A DNA stretch of 64,000 bases from an uncultured Deinococcaceae bacterium (GTDB lineage: Bacteria > Deinococcota > Deinococci > Deinococcales > Deinococcaceae), in NCBI GenBank assembly GCA_964252075.1, contig CAXULY010000003.1:156657-220656 (forward strand), in the 5' to 3' direction. Shown here in pieces: positions 39,348 through 51,769 of this stretch. Below the pieces are notes generated by a model that saw nothing but the letters and a program-made list of their open reading frames with translations, ran no database searches and was not told the DNA's origin. The position numbers were made by a program, and so were the translations under genes. The stretch's first letter is position 1, and each line of letters opens with the position of its first letter.

Positions 39348-40418
39348 TCATCGCTGGTAGGTTCTTCCCTTCCAGGTATAGCGCCCGCGCAGCGCCATGA
39401 GGTACACGGGCAGGGCCGCGAGCGGCAGCAGCGGCGTGAGCGCCACCTCCGCGAGGTCGCGCGGGCGGGTGCGTCCGGTCTTCGCGCGCACCAGCAGCGG
39501 CCCCAGCAGACCGAGCCCAATCAGCAGCGGCCGGCCCGCGAACCACGGCGCGCTGTACGCCGCGACGTGCAGCGCCCCCGTGAGGAGCATCAGCCAGCGC
39601 GAGCGGCCGTGCACGTCCAGCACGCTCTTCCCGAAACCGCGCACGGCCTCGCCGTAACTGCTGTACATTCGCACGCCCAGCAGGTCCCCGCCCAGCGCAA
39701 TGCCGAGCCGCCCGCCGCGCGCCTTGAAGCGCACCGCGAAGCGCACGTCCTCCAGCACTTCGCCCCGCACGAGCGCGTGCCCGCCCACGTGCGTGTACGC
39801 GTCTCGCTCGAAGAGCATCAGCTGGCCGTTGCCCGCCGCCATCGGCGCGAACGGCAGGCGCACGAAGGGGTGCGGCAGGCCCGAGAGCAGCAGGTCATCG
39901 ATCATGGGGACCAGCAGCCGCTCACCCCAGGTGCCCGTCCGCTGGCGCGGCCACACCGTGAGCAGTTCCGCGCCCGTGCGGGCGCGCTCCGCGAGCAGCG
40001 CGTCCAGGGTGCCGGGCTGCCAGAACACGTCGGCGTCCGTGAAGACCAGCACATCCCCACAGGCGGCGCGCGCGAGTTGCTGGCACGCCCAGGGCTTGCC
40101 GTGCCAGCCGGGCGGCAGCGCCTCGCCGGTCAGCACGCGCGCGCCCAGTGCGCGCGCGACGTCCGCGGTGCCGTCGTCGGAGTGGTCGTCCAGCACCAGC
40201 ACCTCGTCGGCGCCCTGCGCGAGCAGCGCGGGCAGCGTGAGCGGCAGGGTGCTGGCCTCGTTGCGGGCGGGCACCAAGATGGACACGCGCCCCACCCCGG
40301 CGGGGCGCGGCTGTCGGTGCAGCACCGGGAAGGCGTACAGGTTCAGGATCGCCACGCCCAGCTTCACCGTCAGGAAGCCGCGCACGGCGCGCCATACCCA
40401 GCGCCCCACGCGGCTCAC
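39348..40418 (-). CDS. cruC: GT2 carotenoid glycosyltransferase (CruC-like)
   Basis: [27 protein letters not shown] motif. Confidence 0.8.
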   Translation of the reverse strand: MSRVGRWVWRAVRGFLTVKLGVAILNLYAFPVLHRQPRPAGVGRVSILVPARNEASTLPLTLPALLAQGADEVLVLDDHSDDGTADVARALGARVLTGEALPPGWHGKPWACQQLARAACGDVLVFTDADVFWQPGTLDALLAERARTGAELLTVWPRQRTGTWGERLLVPMIDDLLLSGLPHPFVRLPFAPMAAGNGQLMLFERDAYTHVGGHALVRGEVLEDVRFAVRFKARGGRLGIALGGDLLGVRMYSSYGEAVRGFGKSVLDVHGRSRWLMLLTGALHVAAYSAPWFAGRPLLIGLGLLGPLLVRAKTGRTRPRDLAEVALTPLLPLAALPVYLMALRGRYTWKGRTYQR

Positions 40419-41065
40419 GCGGCGTCCCCCGTGAGCCGCGCGAGCCAGCGGCTGAGGCCCACGAGGCGCTGGCTGTCGCTGCGCCGCCCCGCCGTGAGGC
40501 GCAGGTACCCCGCGACGGGCGCCTCGGGGTCGCTGTCCAGCAGGTCGCGGTCCAGCGCCGCGAGTTCCCGTGCGAGGGCAGCGGGCAGGGCCGCGCCCGT
40601 GACGGGCGCGCCCACCCGCAGGTACGCCTCGGGCCGCTGGGCGCCGCGCAGGGCCACGCGCAGCGCCACCGGCACCAGTGGCACGCCCGCCGTGCGCGCG
40701 AGCCACGCCGCGCCGGGCCGCAGGGGGCCGGGCGCACCAGCGGCCCGCAGTTCGCCCTCCGGGAAGACCACCAGCCACGCGCGGCGGGCGGCGCGGCGCG
40801 CGGCGCGCAGTTCGGTGGGGTCGAGGGCGCCCAGGCGGCGAAAGAAGGGGAAGGCGTCCAGCTGCCGCGCCGTCATCATGAGCGCGACGGGGTGACGTAG
40901 GTTCCAGGCGAGTTCCCCCATCAGGTAGCCGTCCCACCAGCTGTGGTGGTTGGGCGCCAGCACCGCGCCACCCGCGGGCGGCGCGCCGCGCAGCCACACG
41001 CCGCCCAGGCCCGCGCGCACGCTGCGGCGGATCAGGGTGCGGAAGGCGAGTGCAAGGAGATCCAC
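40415..41065 (-). CDS. cruD: PlsC-family acyltransferase (CruD-like)
   Basis: PNHHSWWD and FPEG motifs; GGGAGG RBS. Confidence 0.8.
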   Translation of the reverse strand: MDLLALAFRTLIRRSVRAGLGGVWLRGAPPAGGAVLAPNHHSWWDGYLMGELAWNLRHPVALMMTARQLDAFPFFRRLGALDPTELRAARRAARRAWLVVFPEGELRAAGAPGPLRPGAAWLARTAGVPLVPVALRVALRGAQRPEAYLRVGAPVTGAALPAALARELAALDRDLLDSDPEAPVAGYLRLTAGRRSDSQRLVGLSRWLARLTGDAA

Positions 41066-42669
41066 GCCGCACCTCCCATCGCGATCAGGGTGACGAGCGC
41101 CGCGAGTGGCTGCCCGAGCAGCAGCAGCCCGGCGGGCAGGAAGAAGCACTCGATCAGGTACGCGAGCCGCAGGTCCACGCCCACCGGGCCCAGCGTGGGG
41201 CGGACCGGGGCGGGGCGCGGGCGGGCGGGCGCGACCGGACCACCGCCGCCCGGCCCGCCCGCCGTGACGAGAATGGGCGCCGCGACGCGCGCGGTGGCGG
41301 GCGCGCCTTTGAGCCCGAAGAGGGCCGGCGCGAGACGCCCGAAGGCCCACACGAGGCCCGCACCCACCAGGAACCACGCGATGAAGTTCTGGATGGGGGC
41401 GCCCGCCCACACCGCGAGCGGCGCGGGCGCCGTGGGGCGCGCCCACGCCTCGACCGTCACGCCGTTCAGGGCGGGCAGCGCGCGGCCCCAGGTCCAGAAG
41501 CCCTGCGCGGTCATGAGGGGCTCCAGGCCCACGTCCCAGGCGACCAGCAGCAGGCCCGCCAGCCACGCGCGGCCGCGCGCCAGCACGCCCGCCGCGAGCG
41601 TCATGGCGAACCACCCGAGCGGCACCAGCAGCGGCACGCCCAGCACCGTCGCGCCCGGCGGGCTGTACTGGTACGGCCCGAACGGGAAGCCCGTGCGGCT
41701 GCCCAGCACCTCCACCCCCAGGCCCACCGCGAGGGCGAGCGCGGCGAGCAGCGCGGCGCGCGCGCCCACCCGCTCCCACGCCCACAGCAGCGCGCCCAGC
41801 GCCAAAAACACCGTGGAGAAGGTGGCGAGCAGCGGGAAACCGGCGGGCCACAGCGGCACCGGGATCTTCAGGAGGGCGTAGAGGCCCACGCAGGCCATCC
41901 AGGGCCGCACGACCCGCAGGCCGCGCTGCACGCGCCCGAGGGCCAGCGGGTGCCAGAACAGCATGAGGCCCGTCACGACCAGCAGGTTCGTGATGAGGAA
42001 GAACAGCATCTCCTCGGCGGGCAGCCCGAGGAGGTTCAGGCCGCTCGTGAAGCGCGCGGAGATGCTCCAGATGCCCTGGTGAATGGCGATCCAGTCGGTG
42101 AGCCACAGGTACACGGTGGGGGGCACGACCGCCCACCAGAAGGCGCGGGCGCGGGCCGCGATGAGGTCCCCGCCGAAGGCCCAGAGGCCCGCCATGACGG
42201 GGCACGCCCACGCCAGGATGAGGCCCAGGTAGAAGGTGGGTTCCGCGCGCAGGCACAGCACGCCCACGAAGGCCAGCAGCAGCCACGCCGCGCCCCCCGC
42301 CCAGCGCGTCCAGCCTGGGGCCGGCGGGGTGAGGGGGCCCGCGCGGCGCAGCCACACCATCAGCCACAGGCCCGTGATGAGGGTCTGCAGCACGAAGAAG
42401 GCGTACTCCTCGACGGGCACGTACCCAATGCGGGCGAGCACCCGTTCCGGCGGGTACGTCCACACGCCGCGCGCGACGAGGTAGTTGTCCCACGGCGTGG
42501 TGTACGCGATGGGGATGAGCGGGAACAGCGCGTACCAGCGCCACACCCAGCGGGCGTCCGGCTGGTACGCGCCCACCACGGGCGCGCGGCGCGCGGCGCG
42601 CCACGTCAGGAGGGCCAGCAGCGCCAGCAGCGGCGCGATGAACACGAGGTGGTACTGCAGGTACGTCAC
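41032..42669 (-). CDS. Fused lycopene cyclase (two CrtYc/d-type domains) and CruF carotenoid 1,2-hydratase
   Basis: PWDNYLV..GVW...VPVEEYAFF and DWIAI..GIW...LPAEEMLFF, then [31 protein letters not shown] in one frame. Confidence 0.85.
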   Translation of the reverse strand: MTYLQYHLVFIAPLLALLALLTWRAARRAPVVGAYQPDARWVWRWYALFPLIPIAYTTPWDNYLVARGVWTYPPERVLARIGYVPVEEYAFFVLQTLITGLWLMVWLRRAGPLTPPAPGWTRWAGGAAWLLLAFVGVLCLRAEPTFYLGLILAWACPVMAGLWAFGGDLIAARARAFWWAVVPPTVYLWLTDWIAIHQGIWSISARFTSGLNLLGLPAEEMLFFLITNLLVVTGLMLFWHPLALGRVQRGLRVVRPWMACVGLYALLKIPVPLWPAGFPLLATFSTVFLALGALLWAWERVGARAALLAALALAVGLGVEVLGSRTGFPFGPYQYSPPGATVLGVPLLVPLGWFAMTLAAGVLARGRAWLAGLLLVAWDVGLEPLMTAQGFWTWGRALPALNGVTVEAWARPTAPAPLAVWAGAPIQNFIAWFLVGAGLVWAFGRLAPALFGLKGAPATARVAAPILVTAGGPGGGGPVAPARPRPAPVRPTLGPVGVDLRLAYLIECFFLPAGLLLLGQPLAALVTLIAMGGAAWISLHSPSAP

Positions 42670-42839
42670 GCGCCGCGCTCCCATCCGGGTGCGCCTGCGG
42701 GTCGGGCGGGGGGCGCGGGGCGCGGAACCAAGGGCATCACCGCCCACTCTAAGCGCGCGGGCGGGCAAGTCGGTGTCATCGCGCGCAGTGCCGCGAAGCT
42801 TTAACGAATGTTTAACCGGGCGGTCCGTACACTCCCCGC

Positions 42840-43106
42840 ATGACCCGCACGATCGCCAGCGCACTGTTCATTGAGGTGCAGTTCGAACCGACCAGCGGCA
42901 TTAACGGCGTGGTCACCACCTCCCTGCACCCCGCCGTGGAGCCGGGCGAGAACGTGCGCGTGGGCTTCCAGGGGCCCATCACGGGGCTCTACACACTCAC
43001 GCTCGATGGCCGCGAACTGTCCGCGCGGCTGGACCCCGCGTACGCCGTGAATGACCGCTTCGGGCACAGCCTGCGGTACATCCCGACCGGGAACGCCCTG
43101 GGCTGA
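42840..43106 (+). CDS. Hypothetical protein
   Basis: 88 aa; TACACT 6 nt before ATG; good codon bias. Confidence 0.65.
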   Translation: MTRTIASALFIEVQFEPTSGINGVVTTSLHPAVEPGENVRVGFQGPITGLYTLTLDGRELSARLDPAYAVNDRFGHSLRYIPTGNALG

Positions 43107-43161
43107 TTTGTCCGGGCGCCAGGCGGCCCTGCGTGCCACACTGGGGCATGCTGGGTGACTC

Positions 43162-43344
43162 GTGAGGCGCCTTCCTGCGCGCACCGTCTTCATTCTGAGC
43201 CTCTCGCTGGCGCTGGTGTGCGTGCTGCTGGCGGTGTGGCTGTTCGTGCGCGGCCCGTGGTGGGTGGGGCTGCTGCTGCTCGCGCTGGGCGGGTGGTTCG
43301 GCGTGGACGCCTACCGCGCCTGGACCTGGACGAAGGCGCCCTGA
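43162..43344 (+). CDS. Small two-TM membrane protein
   Basis: 60 aa with two hydrophobic helices; ends 4 nt before the next gene. Confidence 0.6.
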   Translation: MRRLPARTVFILSLSLALVCVLLAVWLFVRGPWWVGLLLLALGGWFGVDAYRAWTWTKAP

Positions 43345-43348
43345 GCGC

Positions 43349-44179
43349 GTGGGCCTGCTGTGGCTGGCCCTGGACGGCGTCGGCCACCCGGCGGACGCCC
43401 CACCGGACGGCCCGTGGGCGCAGCCCCTCCCACACCTGAACGCACTGCTCGTGCAGGGCGCGGCGCTGGACGCCACGCTGGGCGTGCCGGGCCTCCCGCA
43501 GAGCGCCACCGGGCAGACCTGCTGGCTGACCGGCACGGACGCGGTGCGCGTGATGGGCGAGCATTACGGCCCGCAACCCGGCCCCACCCTGCGCGCCCTG
43601 CTGCTGGACGCGCTGCCCGCCCGGCTCACCCGCGCGGGCGGGCGGGCCGCACTGCTGAACCACTACCCGCCCGGGTACTTCACGCGGCGGCGCCCCACGC
43701 ACGGCTGCTTCCCGCAGGCGTTCCTGGACGCGGGCCTGCCGCTCAACCCGCCGGACCTGCCGCTCACGCCCGTCACGCTGGGCCTGGACTTCACGGAGCC
43801 GTGGGTGGAGCGCGGCGCGCTGGACGAGCAGGCGCACTGGGGCGCACGGGTGGGGGCGGCGGCGCGGGCGCTGAACCTCACGGTGCTGGACCTGTGGTTC
43901 AGTGACCTGCTGGGGCACCAGGGCCGCACGCCCGTGCCGGAGGCGCTGCTCGCGGCGGGCCGCGCGTACCTGCGGCGACTGGACGCCCTGGTGGGGGGCG
44001 CGCTGGACGCCGGGGCGACGGTGGTGCTGACGAGCGACCACGGGAACTTCGAGGACCTGGGCGTGAAGGGGCACACCCTGGCGCGCGTGCCGTTCGCGGC
44101 GAGCGGGCTGGACGCGAACGGCGTGACGGACATCGTGGGGGGCGGGCGCGCCATCGCGGGCTGGCTGGGCCTCAGCTGA
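43349..44179 (+). CDS. Alkaline-phosphatase-superfamily metalloenzyme (iPGM/phosphopentomutase-like)
   Basis: [29 protein letters not shown]. Confidence 0.8.
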   Translation: MGLLWLALDGVGHPADAPPDGPWAQPLPHLNALLVQGAALDATLGVPGLPQSATGQTCWLTGTDAVRVMGEHYGPQPGPTLRALLLDALPARLTRAGGRAALLNHYPPGYFTRRRPTHGCFPQAFLDAGLPLNPPDLPLTPVTLGLDFTEPWVERGALDEQAHWGARVGAAARALNLTVLDLWFSDLLGHQGRTPVPEALLAAGRAYLRRLDALVGGALDAGATVVLTSDHGNFEDLGVKGHTLARVPFAASGLDANGVTDIVGGGRAIAGWLGLS

Positions 44180-45290
44180 CGGTCACGTCGAGGTCGGTGG
44201 CGCCCAGGAACACCCGGTGGCGCTCCAGTTCCGCGGTCAGGGCGCGCGTGAAGGCCGCCGTGTGCCGCTGCCCGGCGGTGGTGCCCACCTGCGCGGTCAG
44301 CGTGCCGCCCGCGACCTTCAGGTTCGCCCAGCCGACCGCGCGCTCGGCGTAAAAGAGCGGCAGCGCGTAGTACCCGAGCTGGCGTTTGGGGGCGGGCGTG
44401 TACGCCTCGAAGCGGTAGGTCCAGCCGTGCAGGTGCGCGAAGCGGCGGCGGTCCCACACCAGCGGGTCGAAGGGCGCGACCAGCCGCACCTCCCGCCGCA
44501 CCTCGCCGGCGGGCGCCTCGTCCGGCGGCCACAGGTACGTGAGGCCGTCCACCCGGGCGCGCGTGAGTTCCTCGCGCACCACGGCCTTCATGGTGGCGCG
44601 CAGGGACGCGCGCAGGTGCCCGACGCCCCAGCCGCTGAGGCCCACGAGGTACCCCAGGCTGGCTTCCGGCAGCGGCGCGTACAGCCGCACCAGCAGGTGC
44701 ACCAGCGCGCGCAGGCGCGCGGCCTCCGGCTGCGGCGCGGCGCGCAGGGCGTCCAGGTGATGGGCGGGCGCGTACAGGCGCACGCCGTTCACGCGGCGCG
44801 ACACGCGCAGCAGGCCCTGGTGGTGCAGGGCGTCCAGCGCGCGGGTGCTGGCGCTGGACTGCCCGCCCCAGGCGTTCGTGATGTTCCCCGACCCGAAGTG
44901 CGCCTGCACCTCGCGCGGGTGCGCCTCGCCGCGCGCGCGCACGAAGTCCAGCACCTGCGCGCTGAGGCCCGGCGCGTGCTGCTCCACGCGCAGCGCCCCC
45001 ACCTCGCGCGGGTGCATGAGCGCCTGCACCTCGCGCGGGAAGAACCCGTAGTTGGGCAGGTAGTCCTCCTCCACGTTCAGCTCCGGGTAGCGGCGCTCCA
45101 GGTCGCCCGCGCGGTAGGCGCGCACGCGCTGCATCAGGATCAGGTCCTGCGCGCGGGCGGGCGCGCGGATGGGGTCGGCCTGCACGAAGCCCAGGCAGTC
45201 CAGCGCGGCCTGCAGGCTGCCGCGCGGGCCCAGCGTGCGCGCCAGAGCGTGCGCGCGCAGGTCGGCGGGCGTCACCACGGGATCGGACAT
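44172..45290 (-). CDS. AlkZ/YcaQ-like winged-helix DNA glycosylase (HTH_42)
   Basis: GFVQADP (QxD), [22 protein letters not shown]. Confidence 0.85.
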   Translation of the reverse strand: MSDPVVTPADLRAHALARTLGPRGSLQAALDCLGFVQADPIRAPARAQDLILMQRVRAYRAGDLERRYPELNVEEDYLPNYGFFPREVQALMHPREVGALRVEQHAPGLSAQVLDFVRARGEAHPREVQAHFGSGNITNAWGGQSSASTRALDALHHQGLLRVSRRVNGVRLYAPAHHLDALRAAPQPEAARLRALVHLLVRLYAPLPEASLGYLVGLSGWGVGHLRASLRATMKAVVREELTRARVDGLTYLWPPDEAPAGEVRREVRLVAPFDPLVWDRRRFAHLHGWTYRFEAYTPAPKRQLGYYALPLFYAERAVGWANLKVAGGTLTAQVGTTAGQRHTAAFTRALTAELERHRVFLGATDLDVTVS

Positions 45291-45458
45291 GCCCGCAGCA
45301 TAACGGTCGGGAGGAATCTCGGCAAAGGCGGAATAAGCCGGGCGGCGCGGGCGGCGTGGTGGCCGCTCAATCGCCGTGAAGCGGCCCCTCACCCGCGTCC
45401 GGGCGCGGCGGTCCTAGTCTGAACCCAGGTCGGGCGCGCGCCCACCAAAGGAGCCCGC

Positions 45459-45947
45459 ATGACCGGGATGACGAACCCCCACCCGGACGCCCCTGCCGCT
45501 GCGCCTGCGCGCGTGCAGGTCGCGTCGTACGCCACCCACGCCGAGGCGCAGCGGGCGGTGGGTGTCCTCGCCGACCGGAAGTTCGCGGCGGAGGGCCTCG
45601 CCATCGTGGCGGAGGGCCTGACGCTGGTGGAGCAGGGGACGGGGCGCCTCACCTGGGGTCGGGCGCTCAGCGGCGGCCTGCTGAGTGGCGCGGTCACGGG
45701 CGTGTTCGTGGGCCTGCTGTTCGGGCTGTTCTCGCTGAGCAGCGTGGCGGTGGCGTCGCTGCTGCTGTACGGCCTCGTGGCGGGCGCCGTGATTGGGGCG
45801 CTGTGGGCGCTGGTGGCCTACGGGCTGTCGGGCGGGCGGCGGGACTTCACGTCGGTGGGCGGCCTGCAGGCCGACCGGTACAGCGTGATGGCCGATCCAG
45901 CCCTCGCGCCTGAGGCGCAGCGCCTGCTCGCGTCCCTGCCGCGCTGA
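45459..45947 (+). CDS. General stress protein 17M/YflT-like membrane protein
   Basis: ASYATHAEAQRAV..LAD..F, two TM, GRRDFTS. Confidence 0.75.
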   Translation: MTGMTNPHPDAPAAAPARVQVASYATHAEAQRAVGVLADRKFAAEGLAIVAEGLTLVEQGTGRLTWGRALSGGLLSGAVTGVFVGLLFGLFSLSSVAVASLLLYGLVAGAVIGALWALVAYGLSGGRRDFTSVGGLQADRYSVMADPALAPEAQRLLASLPR

Positions 45948-45953
45948 ACGCGG

Positions 45954-46148
45954 TCAGGCGGGGCCTTCCGCACACGCGGGCGTGGGGCGGTCGAGGTGCG
46001 CGGCGAGCGCGCGCAAGGCGCGGGCGAGCCGCGGCCCCCAGCGCAGGTGCGGCGCGCGGGGCCGCCGCAGGTGACGGTCACGTTCGGCCTCGCTCAGCAT
46101 GGACGCGATGCGTTCGTAGATCAGGCGTTCGTGGGTGGACCAGTGCAT
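45954..46148 (-). CDS. Small hypothetical protein divergent from the ArsR regulator
   Basis: AGGAGG RBS; 64 aa with RLARALRALAAHLD helix. Confidence 0.65.
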   Translation of the reverse strand: MHWSTHERLIYERIASMLSEAERDRHLRRPRAPHLRWGPRLARALRALAAHLDRPTPACAEGPA

Positions 46149-46197
46149 GGTGCTCCTCCTGCCCGCACCCTAGGCGGAACGCACGAGCCCATCCACC

Positions 46198-46217
46198 CAT
46201 TCGGTGATGGCCGAATG
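46198..46217. promoter_or_regulatory. Palindromic operator candidate
   Basis: CATTCGG-N6-CCGAATG between divergent starts. Confidence 0.55.
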
Positions 46218-46253
46218 CGTCGCGCGCGCGGGGGTGGAGCGGTACAACAGGGC

Positions 46254-47282
46254 ATGGCCGTCGTCTGCCTGAACTTCAGCACCCTGGACCTCACGCGGAC
46301 GCGCTTCGCCTTCAGTCCGCTGTGGGAGGCCGTCATGAGCTTCCGCGCGCGGCGCGACCCGGCCCGCTTCGCCATCCACCTCCCGTGGCTGCGCGAGAGC
46401 AGCGAGGCGCTCTCCACCCTGGACCTGCGGCCCCTGGAGGCGCTCGTGCGCCCGCACGGGTACATCCCGGACTTCCTCACGCCGCCGCCCCTCACGCCCC
46501 TGCCGGACATCACTGCGGAACTGGCCGTGCTGCGCGCCACGGACGCCGCGCTGGTGCAGCGCGAGGTGCGGCGCACCTGGGCGGACGGCACGGACCTCCC
46601 GCCCGGCGCGCGGCGCTACCTCACGCACCCGGACGCGGCGCTCGCGGAACTTGCGGACACCCTGCAGGCGTACTGGGACCGCGCGCTCGCCGCCCACTGG
46701 CCGCGCCTGCGCGCCATGCTGGAGCACGACCTGCTCACGCGCGCCCGGCGCCTCGCCCTGCACGGCCCGGAAGGGGTGTTCCGGGACCTCAGCCCGCTGC
46801 TGCACTTCAACGACGGCGTGCTGGAACTGCACGACTCGCTGTGCTGCCACGCGGGGCGCCTGCTGGACCTCTCCGGGCGCGGCCTGCTGCTGATGCCCTC
46901 GGCGTTCGTGTGGCCCGCCTTCAGCACCATCCTCGACCCGGCGTGGCAGCCCACGCTGGCGTACACCCCGCGCGGCGTCGCGACCCTGTGGGACGACACG
47001 CCGCCGCAGGCGGGCGCCGCGCTGCCGCTGCTGCTCGGGCGGGGGCGCGCGGAGGTGCTGCTGAGCGTCCGCACACCCAGCTCCACGCTGGACCTCGCGC
47101 GGCGCCTGCACCTCGCGCCCAGCAGCGTCTCCGAGCACCTGAGCGTGCTGCGTCAGGGCGGGCTGGTGGAGGCGCACCGCCAGGGCCGCATCGTCGCGTA
47201 CGGCCTGACCCCCACCGGCGGTCAGCTGCTGGAACTGCTCGGCGCGGTGACGCCCGAGCAGCAGGCGCTCCTGGCCCTGTAA
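46254..47282 (+). CDS. ArsR-family regulator with DUF5937-type N-terminal domain
   Basis: [25 protein letters not shown]-terminal [14 protein letters not shown]. Confidence 0.85.
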   Translation: MAVVCLNFSTLDLTRTRFAFSPLWEAVMSFRARRDPARFAIHLPWLRESSEALSTLDLRPLEALVRPHGYIPDFLTPPPLTPLPDITAELAVLRATDAALVQREVRRTWADGTDLPPGARRYLTHPDAALAELADTLQAYWDRALAAHWPRLRAMLEHDLLTRARRLALHGPEGVFRDLSPLLHFNDGVLELHDSLCCHAGRLLDLSGRGLLLMPSAFVWPAFSTILDPAWQPTLAYTPRGVATLWDDTPPQAGAALPLLLGRGRAEVLLSVRTPSSTLDLARRLHLAPSSVSEHLSVLRQGGLVEAHRQGRIVAYGLTPTGGQLLELLGAVTPEQQALLAL

Positions 47283-47329
47283 GGACGGGGCGCGCACGCG
47301 CGGCCGCGCCGCCCCTTAAGATGAACCGC

Positions 47330-47911
47330 ATGCAAGCGCTCGCTGACGCCATCCGCGCCCACGGGACGGTCCTGCCCGGAGGCATCCTGAAGGTGGACGG
47401 CCTCGTGAACCACCAGTTGCTGCCGCACCTCACGCGCGAGATGGGCCGCGCCTTCGCCGCGAGCTTCGCGCCCCTGCACCCCAGCAAGGTGCTGACCGTG
47501 GAGGTGAGCGGCATCGCGCCCGCCCTCATGACCGCCGTGGAACTCGGCGTGCCGATGGTGTACGCCCGCAAGAAACGCCCCATCACCATGACCGCCGAGC
47601 CCTTCACGGCGAGCAGCGTGAGCCGCACCAAGGGCGGCGTGGTGGACCTGTACGTGAGCGGCGAGTACCTGGGGCCGGGCGACCGCGTGGTGGTGATCGA
47701 CGACTTCCTGGCGTCGGGCGGCACGCTGCGCGCGCTGTCCAGCATCATCACGCAGAGCGGCGCGACGCTGCTCGGCATCGGCTGCGTGGTGGAGAAGGCC
47801 TTCGAGCGCGGGCGGGAGAAACTCGCGGACCTGCAGGTGCCCATCCGCACCCTGGCGGTCGTGGAGCGCATGGGCGAGGAGGAGGGCATCGTGGTGGGTC
47901 CGGGCCGCTGA
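47330..47911 (+). CDS. xpt: Xanthine phosphoribosyltransferase
   Basis: [28 protein letters not shown]. Confidence 0.92.
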   Translation: MQALADAIRAHGTVLPGGILKVDGLVNHQLLPHLTREMGRAFAASFAPLHPSKVLTVEVSGIAPALMTAVELGVPMVYARKKRPITMTAEPFTASSVSRTKGGVVDLYVSGEYLGPGDRVVVIDDFLASGGTLRALSSIITQSGATLLGIGCVVEKAFERGREKLADLQVPIRTLAVVERMGEEEGIVVGPGR

Positions 47912-48153
47912 ACGATCAGGTGAAGTTTCTTAAACCTGAGAAAATACTGCTTGCCCTGCACCCCACTGCGATTCGTCCGACACGCGGCCCAGCCGTCCTT
48001 CACCTCATTTTCATGTCGCACACCTTAAGCACCCTGAGCTTTTGTTAGGGTGCAGTCCTGGAGCAGCAGGACAACCTCCGGCAGACCCACCACCATGGGG
48101 ACTGCCGCGGCTTTTGTGACCCCTTGCGGCCCGGACACCAGGAGGAACGCGGC

Positions 48154-50085
48154 ATGCACAAACACCTTTTCCTTGGACTCATCAGTGTGACCCTCCTTGC
48201 GGCCTGCTCGCAGGCCCCCCAGCAGACCGCGCAGGTCTCCACGGGCGCCCTGCAGGTCCCGCAAGGCGCGAACGCGACCCTGAACCTCAGCGCGCTCGGT
48301 AAGAACGGCAAGCTCCTCGACAAGAAGAGCAAGCTCAGCAGCAGCCTGCGCGCCCTCAGCGAGAGCACCCTGAGCGCCCAGACCGCCGCCCCCAGCCGCC
48401 CGGCCAGCGCCGACCGCCCCGGCAGCAACCGCCTCGTGAACGGCCGCAGCGTCACCGTGAGCGCCGTCGCGAGCGGCGACCCGCAGGCGCTCCTCGGCCA
48501 GCTTCAGGGCCTCGGCCTGCAGTCCGGCGCGGTGTACGAGGGCCTGGTGTCTGGCCGCCTCCCCATCGCCTCCATCGGGCAGGCCGGGAACCTCAGCTCG
48601 CTGCGCTCCATGCGCCTCACCGGCGCCACCACCGAAGCGTACAAGACGCCCAGCCAGGGCCTCGTGGTGTCGCAGGGCGACCAAGCGCAGCGCAGCGACG
48701 TGGCGCGCCAGGCCTACCGCGTGAGCGGCGCGGGCGTGAAGGTCGGCGCGCTCTCCGACAGCTACAACTGCCTCAAGGGCGGCCTCACCACCGCCCCGCA
48801 GGACATCAAGAACGGCGACCTGCCCGCCAGCGGCGTGCAGGTGATTGACGAGCTGGAAGCCGCCTCCTGCGCGGCGGGCTCCTCCGACGAGGGGCGCGGC
48901 ATGCTGCAGATCATTCACGACGTGGCGCCCAGCGCGCAGCTGTCCTTCGCGAGCGCCTTCAACGGCGAGGCGGAGTTCGCGCAGAACATCGAGAAGCTCG
49001 CGCAGGCCGGCGCGAACGTCATCACGGACGACGTGCGGTACTTCGACGAGCCGATGTTCCAGGACGGCCCCATCGCGCAGGCGGTGAACAACGTCGCGAA
49101 GCAGGGCGTCGCGTACTTCTCGTCGTCCGGCAACTACGCCCGCCAGTCCTACGAGAACCCCTTCCGCCCCAGCGGGCAGTACTACAACGGCTGCCAGCTG
49201 CACGACTTCAACCCCGGCTCGGCCGTGGACACCCTGCAGGACATCACGCTCGCGCCCGGCGACGACGTGCTGATCGCCCTGCAGTGGGACCAGCCCTTCG
49301 CCTCGGCGTCCAAGGGCGCGCGCGGCTCCGCCAGCGACGTGGACCTGCTGCTCTTCGACGACAAGGGCAACCTGCTGCCCACCGACGAGAACGCCGGTCA
49401 GTTCCCGGTGTCCGCGGACGACAACATCTCGTCGGGCGACCCCATCGAGATCGTGCAGTACTTCAACACCACCAAGGCCCCGCTGCACATCAACCTCGCC
49501 ATGACCCTGTGCACCGGCGCGCAGCCTGGCATCCTGAAGTGGGTGGATTACGACTACGGCACGAACGTGGAGTACGCCACGAACTCCCCCACCAACTACG
49601 GGCACAGCAACTCCGCGGGCGGCGCGGGCGTCGGCGCGGCGCGCTACTACCGCACGCCCGCCTTCGGCCAGAACCCCCCGCTGCTCGAGAGCTTCTCCTC
49701 GGCGGGCGGCGTGCCCATCCTGTTCGACAAGAACGGCAAGCGCATCGCGACCGAGCAGCGCAACCAGCCGCGCTTCACGGCGCCGGACGGCGGCAACACC
49801 AGCTTCTTCGGGCAGCTGACCTTCGGTGACGGCACCCCGATCGACGGCGACAAGTTCCCGAACTTCTTCGGCACGAGTGCCGCCGCCCCGCACGCGGCGG
49901 GCGCCGCGGCCCTGATGCTGGAGGCCACCAGCAAGTACGGCGGCAGCAAGAAGCCCGCCGACATCTACCAGGCCCTGGCGCTCAGCGCCGTGGACATGCG
50001 GACCCCCGGGTACGACGCGGACAGCGGCGCCGGGCTCATCCAGGCGGACAAGGCCATCTCGGCCATCATCAAGCGCGCCCCCTGA
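48154..50085 (+). CDS. Lipoprotein subtilase with Glu in place of the catalytic His (S8/S53-like)
   Basis: Lipobox LAAC; VGALSDS, DEGRGMLQIIHD, SSGN, FGTSAAAPH. Confidence 0.85.
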   Translation: MHKHLFLGLISVTLLAACSQAPQQTAQVSTGALQVPQGANATLNLSALGKNGKLLDKKSKLSSSLRALSESTLSAQTAAPSRPASADRPGSNRLVNGRSVTVSAVASGDPQALLGQLQGLGLQSGAVYEGLVSGRLPIASIGQAGNLSSLRSMRLTGATTEAYKTPSQGLVVSQGDQAQRSDVARQAYRVSGAGVKVGALSDSYNCLKGGLTTAPQDIKNGDLPASGVQVIDELEAASCAAGSSDEGRGMLQIIHDVAPSAQLSFASAFNGEAEFAQNIEKLAQAGANVITDDVRYFDEPMFQDGPIAQAVNNVAKQGVAYFSSSGNYARQSYENPFRPSGQYYNGCQLHDFNPGSAVDTLQDITLAPGDDVLIALQWDQPFASASKGARGSASDVDLLLFDDKGNLLPTDENAGQFPVSADDNISSGDPIEIVQYFNTTKAPLHINLAMTLCTGAQPGILKWVDYDYGTNVEYATNSPTNYGHSNSAGGAGVGAARYYRTPAFGQNPPLLESFSSAGGVPILFDKNGKRIATEQRNQPRFTAPDGGNTSFFGQLTFGDGTPIDGDKFPNFFGTSAAAPHAAGAAALMLEATSKYGGSKKPADIYQALALSAVDMRTPGYDADSGAGLIQADKAISAIIKRAP

Positions 50086-50099
50086 GGTTCTGAGCGGGC

Positions 50100-50133
50100 A
50101 GGGCGGGCCGGTCAGTGACCGGCCCGCCCTCTT
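50100..50133 (+). terminator. Terminator hairpin
   Basis: AGGGCGGGCCGGTC / GACCGGCCCGCCCT stem. Confidence 0.7.
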
Positions 50134-50182
50134 GTCGCGTGGGCCATCGCCCGAACGCCCGTTCGGTATGCTGGGCCTCACC

Positions 50183-51745
<1,563 letters not shown>

Positions 51746-51769
51746 CGGGGAGGGGCGGCGGCCCCTCCC

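Noticed and set aside
43148..43165. 5-codon uORF MLGDS overlapping the start of the small membrane gene
   Set aside because: Too short to distinguish from chance, and the upstream -10 (CACACT) is non-consensus
45286..45303. RDRM-like TTATG-N7-CATGT at the AlkZ/YcaQ-like gene start
   Set aside because: Two mismatches, and both arms are explained by the -10 box and the ATG; not independent evidence
47912..48153. Possible riboswitch upstream of the subtilase or near xpt
   Set aside because: No purine or c-di-GMP riboswitch consensus recognisable; xpt appears leaderless
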